In this document: piece after piece, positions 1 to 8,843 of the stretch | Position numbering within the stretch: position 1 is the first letter of the stretch | Layout: every line of letters starts with the position of its first letter | Virus record (IMG/VR): IMGVR_UViG_3300037419_000894 | Location: 10,242-74,241 of that record | Length of the DNA: 64,000 nt | Origin: a virus | Taxonomy: Duplodnaviria; Caudoviricetes | Reading direction: 5' to 3' (one strand) | Translations under genes and position numbers: made by a program | Notes under the pieces: model-generated | What the model was told of the DNA's origin: nothing | Databases searched by the model: none | What the model saw: only the letters and a program-made list of their open reading frames with translations

Positions 1-138
1 CTGTGTTGCTGGAGCTCAGGCTCAGCTGGCGATCTGCGCCGCAGGAGCTCCGCCGGCGCTTGCTGCACCTAAGCAGTAATCTGTAACCACGCCCGGTCGG
101 AGATCATCCCGGCCGGGATTTTATCCACAGGAGGTACA

Positions 139-330
139 ATGGACCCAAAGAAGCAACACCGGTTACTCCGCAGTCAGGGAACCGACTGGTGGTACAGGGA
201 ACTGGCTGAACAAGCAGCTAACGCACGCATGGAGCGCGAAATTGCTGAATCGTTCAACCGTCCCCATCTGTACTTGATCGCGCACAACCCGCACATCCCA
301 TCCAAACCTAAATACAGGAGGCCAATGTGA
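139..330 (+). CDS. hypothetical early protein
   Basis: GGAGG RBS upstream; stop overlaps start of next ORF. Confidence 0.6.
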   Translation: MDPKKQHRLLRSQGTDWWYRELAEQAANARMEREIAESFNRPHLYLIAHNPHIPSKPKYRRPM

Positions 331-704
331 ACAAAATAACCATCTCTTGCGTACCCAAATTCATCATGAACTTGTCGCTGGCAGAATGCCAGTTAATCCG
401 AGCGCTAGCAAGTTGGCACTATGACGTAAAATGCAGAAATGCTGGCCACGTAGGCGGGTTCCTTTACGGTTGGATGAATCAGCTAACGCCTGCTGACGAG
501 AACGACACCGAAGAAAGGTTCGTTAGCGCTTCGTTCGGTGAGCTCGACTTAGTCCTTAAGATCTTAGAGGTTATGCACTCTTGGCGAGATGATGCTGAGC
601 GCAAAGCCCTTCGCAAAATAGACCTTCAAATAAGGACTGCGCTCAAAGAATCTAACCGCATCATGCCAACTCTCAGCTTTGAAGTCGATCTGTCCCACAT
701 CTAA
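327..704 (+). CDS. hypothetical early protein
   Basis: GTG start overlapping previous TGA, GGAGG RBS, 125 aa. Confidence 0.65.
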   Translation: MNKITISCVPKFIMNLSLAECQLIRALASWHYDVKCRNAGHVGGFLYGWMNQLTPADENDTEERFVSASFGELDLVLKILEVMHSWRDDAERKALRKIDLQIRTALKESNRIMPTLSFEVDLSHI

Positions 705-771
705 AGCGAAAGCTAATGCTAGTTCCATGAGCTAGCATTGTCGAGCGCTTTGCTCGTAACAGGAGAAACAA

Positions 772-1032
772 ATGGAATTATCCAGAGCAGGTATGGTGTG
801 GTCACAACAGGAGCTTGAACAACTCCGCACCAATTTCGGTTCAGGTATGGACCTTGAAGAGCTAATGCGGACGCAGGGTCGGTCTGCATACGCTATCATT
901 GCGAAGCTTCAGGAGATGGGCTTGATTGTGCTGGTCGGCCGTAGCAGCTACCACAAGGTTGTTCCGGATGCGTGGATTACCTCCGAAGGTATCCACTTTA
1001 TCAACAAGCAATCAAAGGGTGGCGCAAAATGA
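772..1032 (+). CDS. small HTH/Myb-like protein
   Basis: GGAG RBS; W-S-x-x-E-L...L-x-x-L...GRS-x-x-AI-x-x-KL pattern of small Myb/SANT-like helical domains. Confidence 0.55.
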   Translation: MELSRAGMVWSQQELEQLRTNFGSGMDLEELMRTQGRSAYAIIAKLQEMGLIVLVGRSSYHKVVPDAWITSEGIHFINKQSKGGAK

Positions 1033-1349
1033 TCAACGCAAACCAAATACGACTCCAGCATGTCACCGAGTTCCAACTTTGGGACGGCGAAATGACCGTG
1101 CATGCCTTTCAACATATCGGCGCCCACGGCTTCCCAAGCGCTGCAATCGTCATCACACGTATGGACGACCCAATCGAAACACGAGTGTGGTCAGGATACG
1201 GGCGTTACAAGCCTAGCGAAAAGCCAACTGAAGCTCACATGAGTCAGTGGATTGCAGATCAACTTAATCGCTTAGCAACGGGCGCCTATGGCAGCACGTC
1301 AGCAATTGTTGAAATTCGTTCGCCTGATGTAAGGATCATCTATGGGTAA
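1029..1349 (+). CDS. hypothetical protein
   Basis: ATG at 1029 overlaps previous stop (ATGA); in frame with listed ORF 972..1349. Confidence 0.6.
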   Translation: MINANQIRLQHVTEFQLWDGEMTVHAFQHIGAHGFPSAAIVITRMDDPIETRVWSGYGRYKPSEKPTEAHMSQWIADQLNRLATGAYGSTSAIVEIRSPDVRIIYG

Positions 1350-1737
1350 GCACTACCGCGACCCGAAAGACAAGCCCACATTGTTGGAGCAACACTACAA
1401 TGATGTGGACAAGTACCCGTCGCCTTACCACACTCTCAAAGACGTGTGCGAAGCACTGCTCAACGCTCCGGCCGACAGCGAGGGTGCACAGCGCGTGCTG
1501 TACGCTGTGCTAGTGCCTGAAAATCCGGTCCGCGACAAGCAAGCGCATTGCAGGTATTATCTCACTTATGCAGGTGCTAAAGCTTGGATCGAAGGACATA
1601 ACAGCACGCGCGTTACCAAGCAGAACGAAGGCAACAAGCGCAAGGCGAAATTGCTAGTGTACAGCCCTGATGAGATGCGTACCTACCTCATTCAACTTGC
1701 ACCACAAAACAACGAGGGGAGCAATGAGTCTAGTTGA
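1342..1737 (+). CDS. hypothetical protein
   Basis: 131 aa ORF overlapping neighbours, operon-like packing. Confidence 0.6.
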   Translation: MGKHYRDPKDKPTLLEQHYNDVDKYPSPYHTLKDVCEALLNAPADSEGAQRVLYAVLVPENPVRDKQAHCRYYLTYAGAKAWIEGHNSTRVTKQNEGNKRKAKLLVYSPDEMRTYLIQLAPQNNEGSNESS

Positions 1738-1882
1738 CTTCTTATTCGAGAAACGCACCAAGCTCGAGCTAGCAAAAGAGCTTGCCAAGACGGCACACGA
1801 GAACGCAGCTCTGCGCAACCGCGTGTACGAACTTGAGCATGAGCTTTTCTGGCTCAAGGCAATCACACCACCACAGGAGTAA
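1724..1882 (+). CDS. hypothetical coiled-coil protein
   Basis: GGGAG RBS before ATG 1724; heptad-like LELAKELAKTAHENAALRNRVYELE. Confidence 0.5.
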   Translation: MSLVDFLFEKRTKLELAKELAKTAHENAALRNRVYELEHELFWLKAITPPQE

Positions 1883-1992
1883 TTATGACTAATCCGACCA
1901 ATCAAAAACAGCTCAAGTAGCGCCACAGCGTAAGCCCTTCAGTGGGCTTACTCGGTTGCACTGCTGTCAATAACCACAACAGGGAGCTTACA

Positions 1993-2187
1993 ATGGAACA
2001 AGAAGAAATCTGGATTAACGGTGTGCAGTATGAAGCAAAGCGAGCAACGCTCAGCCACGGTTGCTCAGGTTGCGTAGCCTATCAACTGTTACCTAGCGGC
2101 TCGAGGTACATCAATCAGCAGTTGTGTGGTCAACTTCCGAAGTGTGTAGCACCTAATGTAGTCTTTACTCTCAAACAGGAGAAATAA
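1993..2187 (+). CDS. hypothetical Cys-containing protein
   Basis: GGGAG RBS before ATG 1993; CSGCVA...CGQLPKC. Confidence 0.5.
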   Translation: MEQEEIWINGVQYEAKRATLSHGCSGCVAYQLLPSGSRYINQQLCGQLPKCVAPNVVFTLKQEK

Positions 2188-2667
2188 ATGCGTAAAGTTC
2201 AAATTCTGGCTCGTGAGCTCGATGCGGGCGACATCCTCGTCACGGACGATGCTCGCGACGTTGTTACCCAAGTCATTGATACTGGTGAACCTCTGATCAC
2301 CGTATGCGCAGCACGGTTAGGCCTGGGGAACTGCTCGGACTATCCTGTCAACTGGCATCGAGATTCGAAGGTCTTTGTCGAGCGTCCGCTGCCGAACCCA
2401 ATGGATGGCTTGTATGCTATCGGTACGCCGGTGCTTGTGGACGTCGATGTGGACATGTTTCGCACTGGTGTAGTGTGCGGCGTAAGGGTGGAAACAAAGG
2501 TCGTCGCATCGCTTGTGAGCAACGTTACGCCTGAAAACGCAAGTTCAAATGTGCAATATCAAATTATTTGGACCAAAGGGTCTGTAGGAACAAACCACCC
2601 TTGGTTCGAGCAACATCTCGTTAAGGCTACAGCATCTGAGTTTCATCAAATCAAAAAGTTCCTATAA
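2188..2667 (+). CDS. hypothetical protein
   Basis: GGAG RBS, abuts previous stop, 159 aa. Confidence 0.65.
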   Translation: MRKVQILARELDAGDILVTDDARDVVTQVIDTGEPLITVCAARLGLGNCSDYPVNWHRDSKVFVERPLPNPMDGLYAIGTPVLVDVDVDMFRTGVVCGVRVETKVVASLVSNVTPENASSNVQYQIIWTKGSVGTNHPWFEQHLVKATASEFHQIKKFL

Positions 2668-2734
2668 CAGTGCTACAACGCAAGCTCCTGCCCATGCGGT
2701 GGGCTTGCTTGGTAACACTCACAAAGGAGGAAGT

Positions 2735-3022
2735 ATGAAACATACTACTGAAACAGAAGATTTTGTCCTCGCAACCGAGGACGGCAAACAGTTCGTGCAG
2801 GTCAAGAGGGGTGCTTGGAATGATACACCGTACATCGAACTCACGACGGAGTTTGCGCGAGCTACTCCAATGAAGTCTGAGTCGGTCTTTCGGACGCACA
2901 GCATCACAATCAAAGATTATTGCGGAGCAACGCGCCGCATCCCAATTAAGATCACTCGCGTAGTCGAAGTGATGACTGAGGAGCTTAATTTTAACCTGCC
3001 TCCGGAGGACGGACATGGCTAA
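2735..3022 (+). CDS. hypothetical protein
   Basis: AGGAGG RBS before ATG 2735. Confidence 0.65.
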   Translation: MKHTTETEDFVLATEDGKQFVQVKRGAWNDTPYIELTTEFARATPMKSESVFRTHSITIKDYCGATRRIPIKITRVVEVMTEELNFNLPPEDGHG

Positions 3023-3386
3023 CCCTGCGCACACTCGACGTGCTACAGCTCAGGAGGCTGTAGAATTTAATCAGATGCGGTGGCAGTCTAAAAACTGGCA
3101 GCGTCTGCATGAGTTGAGTCTGGAATTTGTTCGCACAGGTTCATTCAAGTGTAAAGAAGACCAACAAGCTCACTCTGAAGTGACTAAGGCTTGGCATGCT
3201 GAACTTATGACTTCGAAGTTCCGCTTCGGGGCACATGGCTTGCAGGTGGTCAAAGAACGCAATGAGCGAGTTGTGCGCCCCAAGCGCACCGCAGGCAGGG
3301 CTTTTTACAGCCATTGTGAACTGTGCACAAGGCCTCTAGTTGGCGCAGAACGAAAGAGTCCTGCTTGTGCAGATTGCTCACCTTAA
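3015..3386 (+). CDS. hypothetical protein with C-terminal CxxC...CxxC
   Basis: GGAGG RBS; CELC...CADC putative Zn ribbon. Confidence 0.6.
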   Translation: MANPAHTRRATAQEAVEFNQMRWQSKNWQRLHELSLEFVRTGSFKCKEDQQAHSEVTKAWHAELMTSKFRFGAHGLQVVKERNERVVRPKRTAGRAFYSHCELCTRPLVGAERKSPACADCSP

Positions 3387-3420
3387 TTAACGGACCCAAA
3401 TGCAGCATTGGTATCCGTGC

Positions 3421-3449
3421 GTGCGGGCGTATAACGCGCGTGTTATAAT
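3421..3449 (+). promoter_or_regulatory. putative extended -10 sigma70 promoter
   Basis: TG-T-TATAAT at 3441-3449 in an intergenic gap; -35 weak. Confidence 0.5.
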
Positions 3450-3499
3450 GTTGTTTGCTGTACCTTTCACCTTGTAGTTCTACAATCAAAGGAACTAAG

Positions 3500-3760
3500 A
3501 TGACTAAAGTATCTGAAAAACGGCCCAACGGCCCGTTCGACCTGCGCATCAGCGAGCGGCAGCGTAAGCTGCTGGTGCGTGCGCTCACCGAAGGTTTGTC
3601 GGACGACTTCGTCCTGACACTCATGTCCGAGAACGCGCAGAGTGTGGTCATGGGCAACAATCTCCAACAACTCCAAGAGTTGACCAGCATGCTCAGCACC
3701 CTTCCCGACAACAATGTAGCGGGCATGCTGCACGCTCTTTTGCATGCGAGCGAACGATGA
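3500..3760 (+). CDS. hypothetical protein
   Basis: AAGGA RBS before ATG 3500. Confidence 0.6.
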   Translation: MTKVSEKRPNGPFDLRISERQRKLLVRALTEGLSDDFVLTLMSENAQSVVMGNNLQQLQELTSMLSTLPDNNVAGMLHALLHASER

Positions 3761-4047
3761 CCACACAACAGCGCACAATCAAGACGGTTTACCGTTTTCA
3801 AGGCGAAGAGACCAAGGTGACCACAGCCTGCAATCCCAACCGCGCTGTCGCTAAATGCGTCGAGCACTTGCAAGTGAATGACTACGGCGCAACGGTTGCC
3901 GAGGTCTACGATCGCGAAAGCGGGGTTTTGCACGCCATTGTCAAGCGTAGCATTAACGGTAGCATTAACATTGCCTACCGTTACAACCCTGAAGACTTCA
4001 AACCCATGCGTCTGTCTCTCGGCGCACTGCTGGAGGAAAAGAAATGA
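3757..4047 (+). CDS. hypothetical protein
   Basis: ATGA overlaps at both ends. Confidence 0.65.
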   Translation: MTTQQRTIKTVYRFQGEETKVTTACNPNRAVAKCVEHLQVNDYGATVAEVYDRESGVLHAIVKRSINGSINIAYRYNPEDFKPMRLSLGALLEEKK

Positions 4048-4307
4048 CCACACCATCATTCAGAACGCTCAAGGCGCTACGCATGTGGCACTGGCAGCAG
4101 ATGAAGACGCACCGTGCAGAGCAAGACCGCTTGGAACGGCTTGTGGATCAATCAACTCGCGCGCACCACAAGAAAGAGTATCGCGAGGAGGCGCGTCAGC
4201 ACCGCATGCTAGCAGACCTCCACCTATCTGCTGTGCAAGTGCTGAACGACAGTGTGCCTGGAACTGCTGAACAAGACTGCGCAGAGGAGGACGCTCAAAA
4301 GACTTAA
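4044..4307 (+). CDS. hypothetical protein
   Basis: GGAGG RBS, ATGA overlap. Confidence 0.6.
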   Translation: MTTPSFRTLKALRMWHWQQMKTHRAEQDRLERLVDQSTRAHHKKEYREEARQHRMLADLHLSAVQVLNDSVPGTAEQDCAEEDAQKT

Positions 4308-4381
4308 AGTTCCAGCGTATGCCCTTCACCGGGCATACTCGGGCGCTTTGACCCGTAACCTCCACAAACAAAGGAGCTTGT

Positions 4382-5836
4382 ATGTCAAGAACTTGGTCAC
4401 CCTATCAACAAACCATCTTTGCTTTCGTTGCTGAAGCGAATGCTGGTAACGCAATCGTGAACGCAGTTGCTGGTTCTGGTAAATCTACAACTATTGTCGA
4501 AGCCTGTAACCACATCCCGTCCGGGCAAACGCACCTCATGCTCGCGTTCAACAAGTCGATCGCAGAGGAGCTGAAGGAACGCGGCGTCAACGCTCGCACC
4601 TTCCACTCGCTGACGTACACGCCTGTGACGCGTGCTAAAGGCACGTCGTCGGTGGATTCGAACAAGCTGCGCACCATCTGCAAGATGAAGATGCCCAGCA
4701 AGGACGAATTCTTGTACGCCAACTTCTGCTGCCGGCTGGTTGGCATCGTGCGCCAAATGGGTATCGGGTTTCTATGCCCGGATGAGCGCTGGGTGTACGA
4801 AGACGTCATCGATCACCACATGCTCGAACTGGACAGCGAGAATGCTGAACTGGACGTGGCAATCGACTACGCCCAAAAGCTGCTCACATGGTCCAACGCT
4901 AGCCCGGTGGTCGATTTTGACGATCTGCTGTACCTCGCAGTGAAAGACAATATTGCGCTGCCGAAGTACGACTTCATCTTCGTTGACGAAGCCCAGGACA
5001 CCAACGCTATCCAGCGTGAAATCCTGCGCAAGATCATGAAACCAACCTCGCGCATCATTGCAGTGGGCGACCCGGCACAAGCAATCTACGGCTTCCGCGG
5101 CGCCGACAGCAACTCGCTCAAGCGCATTGAAGACCAGTTCGGTGCAACCAACCTGCCGCTGACCGTTTCGTATCGCTGCGGCACCGAGATCGTCAAGTAC
5201 GCTCAGCAGTGGGTGCAGCACATTGAACCCGCGCCGGGTGCTCCGGCAGGTGTGGTCAACGATCTCAACAAGGACTGGAACACTGGCATGTTCCAGTCGG
5301 ACGACCTTATCGTCTGCCGTACAACGAAGCCACTGGTCGCGCTGGCGTACAGGCTGCTGCGCGATCGCATCCCAGCGAAAATTATGGGGCGCGACATTGG
5401 TGCGGGTCTGATCTCACTCATCAAGCGTCAGAAAGCTACCAGCATTGATCAGCTGATCGAACGCGTTAGCAACTGGGCAGCGCGTGAAGCGGATGCAGCA
5501 TTGCTGCAAGGTAAGGAGTCCAAAGCGCAGGCGCAACAGGACAAGGCTGACGCTATTATCGTGCTGTGCGAAACCCTGCCGGAGCACGAGCGCACGGTCG
5601 AACATCTGGTGGAGGTCATCAACAACCTGTTCACCGACCGCGCGAGCAACTGCCTCACCCTTGCCACTATCCACAAGGCTAAGGGCATGGAAGCTGACCG
5701 CGTGTGGTGGCTCAACCGCCGGCAGTGCCCTGCAAAATGGGCCAAGAAAGACTGGATGCAAGAGCAGGAACGAAACCTTTGCTATGTCGCCACGACGCGA
5801 GCAAAATCTGAACTCAACCTTATTGAGGAGCGTTAA
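4382..5836 (+). CDS. UvrD/Rep-like superfamily 1 helicase
   Basis: Walker A AVAGSGKST, Walker B FVDEAQD, VGDPAQAIYGFRGA, SYRC, TIHKAKGME, YVATTRAK motifs. Confidence 0.9.
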   Translation: MSRTWSPYQQTIFAFVAEANAGNAIVNAVAGSGKSTTIVEACNHIPSGQTHLMLAFNKSIAEELKERGVNARTFHSLTYTPVTRAKGTSSVDSNKLRTICKMKMPSKDEFLYANFCCRLVGIVRQMGIGFLCPDERWVYEDVIDHHMLELDSENAELDVAIDYAQKLLTWSNASPVVDFDDLLYLAVKDNIALPKYDFIFVDEAQDTNAIQREILRKIMKPTSRIIAVGDPAQAIYGFRGADSNSLKRIEDQFGATNLPLTVSYRCGTEIVKYAQQWVQHIEPAPGAPAGVVNDLNKDWNTGMFQSDDLIVCRTTKPLVALAYRLLRDRIPAKIMGRDIGAGLISLIKRQKATSIDQLIERVSNWAAREADAALLQGKESKAQAQQDKADAIIVLCETLPEHERTVEHLVEVINNLFTDRASNCLTLATIHKAKGMEADRVWWLNRRQCPAKWAKKDWMQEQERNLCYVATTRAKSELNLIEER

Positions 5837-5837
5837 A

Positions 5838-6041
5838 ATGCAATCATTAAAGAGCCCGACTCACGAACAACTGATTCAAGCTCACACCGACATTGTAAGC
5901 GTTGACGAGAATGTCGAAATTGTCGTGGACAAAATCGGTCACGTTGTGTGGGTGAACATCGCGGGCGCGTGCGTCCTACGTGTTCACGGCGCAAGGAATG
6001 TGGTCATCAAGGACGAACGCAACAAAAAACCAGCCAACTGA
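5838..6041 (+). CDS. hypothetical protein
   Basis: GAGGAG RBS before ATG 5838. Confidence 0.55.
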   Translation: MQSLKSPTHEQLIQAHTDIVSVDENVEIVVDKIGHVVWVNIAGACVLRVHGARNVVIKDERNKKPAN

Positions 6042-6118
6042 AGAGCTCTCGGTCTAATATGAGCGAAACGCCCAGAACATCGGGCGTCTTGGTTAATCCA
6101 CAAACAAAGGAGAACACA

Positions 6119-6505
6119 ATGGCTGCAATCAACAATCGAGATTTGAACTTTATTCTGACCACTGTCATTGAAGGTGGTAGCGCCTACTGGGCGAATGATA
6201 GTGATGTGTGTCAAACTGTTGAAATCAAACGTGAAGCAGACTCTGATGAAGATTTGCGCTCATTGAAGTTGGTTAGTGAGATCAAAATAACCACAGACGT
6301 CGATGGCAAAGGTTGGAAAACTCAGACCATTACTGCAACTGAAATGCGCAAGGCGCTGAAAGCAATGAAGGAAGATCAGAAATTGCCTGAGCATCTGCGC
6401 AAAATGGCTCGTAAGCTTCTGAATAATGGCGACGAAGATTACGATGCTGGCGACGCTGACGTGATCTTTCAATACGCTCTGTTTGGTGAAATCGTGTTTG
6501 GTTAA
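6119..6505 (+). CDS. conserved phage hypothetical protein
   Basis: AAGGAG RBS before ATG 6119; EGG-x-x-YWA and DAGDADVIFQYALFGEIVFG ends resemble a recurrent phage family. Confidence 0.65.
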   Translation: MAAINNRDLNFILTTVIEGGSAYWANDSDVCQTVEIKREADSDEDLRSLKLVSEIKITTDVDGKGWKTQTITATEMRKALKAMKEDQKLPEHLRKMARKLLNNGDEDYDAGDADVIFQYALFGEIVFG

Positions 6506-6662
6506 GCTAGCTGCGCACCGCAACAGCGCTAAGCACGCACGGCAAGCACCCGCCATTGCGCTCCTGCAGGGTTGCGCATACCCGCACTAGGGTGCACACT
6601 GTTAAAGCGCTTGTAGCGCGCATTTAAACGTGCTACAAGCGTGCCTCAAATTTGGAGATTAG

Positions 6663-6914
6663 ATGGGAGCAACTGCTGAAGAGTATCAAGGGTTTCAACG
6701 AGCTGTTGCATTAGCTCTTGCAAAAGAACGACAAAAAGTAAAAGAGCAAGCGCCAACAGAAGTGGTTAGGTACATTGCTCAGTTTATGATCGCTGGCAAA
6801 CCTAAGAAGGTTGAGAATACCGACTTTGACGTTTTCGAACAGATTATACTTCAGTACAGTAAGTCATTTCCGAACGTCCCGATTAATTTGTTTTCATATA
6901 CGGAGTTAAAGTGA
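6663..6914 (+). CDS. hypothetical protein
   Basis: GGAG RBS; overlaps next start. Confidence 0.55.
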   Translation: MGATAEEYQGFQRAVALALAKERQKVKEQAPTEVVRYIAQFMIAGKPKKVENTDFDVFEQIILQYSKSFPNVPINLFSYTELK

Positions 6915-7387
6915 CCAAAACACCCAAACTCACGAAGCGAGCGCAAGAAGACTTGATTATCTCTCAAGCGCTTGCAATCATCAACCGGCGTATGCATCGG
7001 AAGGATTACATTCTCAATCAGCCCAACGTGCTTGAAGATTACTTGCGGCTCAAGCTTGACCACATGGACCGCGAAGTCTTTGGTGCACTGTTTCTAACAA
7101 CTACGTTTCAGCTTATCGACGACGAAGTGCTATTTCAAGGCACGCTGTCGCATACACAAATCGTACCGAGAGAGATTGTGCGCGCAGCGCTCAAGCACAA
7201 CGCTGCGTTCGTGATCTTTTACCACAACCATCCACACGGGGACGACAACCCGAGCGGCCAGGACTTGATCATTACCAAGTCTCTAAAGACTAGTCTTGCA
7301 ACCGTGGATGTAAAGGTAGTCGACCATATCATTGTACCGCGTGGCCGACAGAACGTATTCTCTTTCTCAACTGCCGGAGTGCTGTGA
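6911..7387 (+). CDS. radC: RadC-like JAB/MPN+ domain protein
   Basis: REVF...YHNHPHGDDNPSGQD (intact H-x-H-x7-S-x2-D JAMM motif), VVDHIIV. Confidence 0.85.
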   Translation: MTKTPKLTKRAQEDLIISQALAIINRRMHRKDYILNQPNVLEDYLRLKLDHMDREVFGALFLTTTFQLIDDEVLFQGTLSHTQIVPREIVRAALKHNAAFVIFYHNHPHGDDNPSGQDLIITKSLKTSLATVDVKVVDHIIVPRGRQNVFSFSTAGVL

Positions 7388-7686
7388 TGCCTAACATGGG
7401 TCTGTACAGACGCGCACCTGCTCCAAAGAGGGTAGAACGTCTGTGCAAGCAGTGTGGTCAAAAGTTCTCGCCACGGGCAGTAGATGTCGCGCGTGGCTGG
7501 GGTCTGTTTTGCAACAAGGGCTGCAAAGCTGTATACCAGTCGGGTCACGCTCGACCAAGACAACAACCCAAGCCAAACAAGCCTGCCGCTGCGCACGAAG
7601 TTGAGCATGCAGCAGTGCAGTCAAATTTCGACGAATGGGACCGTATTTGTGCTCAGGAAGATGCTTTATTAACTCAACGGAGATAA
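7387..7686 (+). CDS. putative Zn-finger protein
   Basis: CKQCG...RGWGLFCNKGCK. Confidence 0.6.
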   Translation: MPNMGLYRRAPAPKRVERLCKQCGQKFSPRAVDVARGWGLFCNKGCKAVYQSGHARPRQQPKPNKPAAAHEVEHAAVQSNFDEWDRICAQEDALLTQRR

Positions 7687-7687
7687 A

Positions 7688-8260
7688 ATGGATAATGACC
7701 ATACAACCGCTGCAGAACTAGCCTATTTGCTGCAATGCGCCGTGGAGAACATGCGCAGCGCTGATCCGGAAAATGCAGAGCGAATTCGCGAAGCACGTTA
7801 TCGAATCGCGTTTAAGCTCGAACAGGCTGCGAAACAATTGCTCGCTGCCCCGAGCAGCACCGAGGTCAGCGCACAGACTGCTCCTGCATGGGATTGGGGT
7901 GTCGCTTTTACCGGCTACCAGATCGGACGATCCCAGCCCGCCGCCAGCTCCGAGAGCATCGATACGCCGGAACTGCGGGCGTTGATGGAGGGTGACACGC
8001 TTTCTGCAGAAGCGCGTATTGCCCACATCGAATCCCTGATCGCTGCGCGGGTAGCACAGGCCGCGCCGGATGCGGTGCGCAATGCGGCGCTGGAGGAAGC
8101 GGCGCAAGCAATCGACAAATACGGCGACGCGAGCCTTGAGAGTGAGCAGCTTGAGGCGGCCATCACCTGCATGCATATTATCCGCGCCCTCAAGCGCACC
8201 CCGGCAGACGACAGCCAGCCCGCTGTGGGCGCAGCAGGTCAGGAAGGCGGTGTGTCATGA
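7688..8260 (+). CDS. hypothetical protein (prophage accessory type)
   Basis: GGAG RBS; RNAALEEAA motif common in lambdoid accessory proteins. Confidence 0.6.
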   Translation: MDNDHTTAAELAYLLQCAVENMRSADPENAERIREARYRIAFKLEQAAKQLLAAPSSTEVSAQTAPAWDWGVAFTGYQIGRSQPAASSESIDTPELRALMEGDTLSAEARIAHIESLIAARVAQAAPDAVRNAALEEAAQAIDKYGDASLESEQLEAAITCMHIIRALKRTPADDSQPAVGAAGQEGGVS

Positions 8261-8556
8261 CGCGACAGGAAAAACTCTTGGCGCTGGCCGACCGCATCGA
8301 CCACGAAAAGCTGTGGAGGCGGCCCGCCATGGACCGCCACAAAATGACAGACGACCAGCAAACGCGCCTTGATGCTGGCGTGATGCTGCGCCGCTACGCC
8401 GACATCCTGACCCCTGGCCGGTGGCTTTTGATTCCGCCAACCGGGTCCGTGCAGTTCAGCGCAAGCACCTTGGACAAGGTCGTGGAAATGGCGAAGCGCG
8501 ATGGAGCGAGAGCATCCGCCCAGCAGGCAGATGACAGCCAGAAAGGCGACGAATGA
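8257..8556 (+). CDS. hypothetical protein
   Basis: ATGA overlaps at both ends. Confidence 0.6.
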   Translation: MTRQEKLLALADRIDHEKLWRRPAMDRHKMTDDQQTRLDAGVMLRRYADILTPGRWLLIPPTGSVQFSASTLDKVVEMAKRDGARASAQQADDSQKGDE

Positions 8557-8828
8557 AAAGCAAGCACTTGGAAAAGCGGGAAGTCGAGTTCATCAACGAC
8601 CCGCTGGAAGATGGCGTTCTGTACGTGTCGCGCCGCTTTCAACTGGCGATCCACCTGTGCGCGTGCGGCTGCCGAGAAAAGACGGTCACGCCGCTGGATG
8701 ACGGGACAAGCGGCTGGAGGCTTACCGAGGAACCGAACGGCGTCACGCTCCATCCATCCATCGGCAACCAGAATTTCAATTGCCGTTCGCACTACTGGAT
8801 TACAAACGGCGAAGTCGTGCCGTGCTGA
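8553..8828 (+). CDS. DUF6527-like protein
   Basis: CACGC..., TLHPSIGN, CRSHYWITNGEV motifs recalled as characteristic of DUF6527. Confidence 0.75.
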   Translation: MKSKHLEKREVEFINDPLEDGVLYVSRRFQLAIHLCACGCREKTVTPLDDGTSGWRLTEEPNGVTLHPSIGNQNFNCRSHYWITNGEVVPC

Positions 8829-8843
8829 TACCAAAGGACAACC

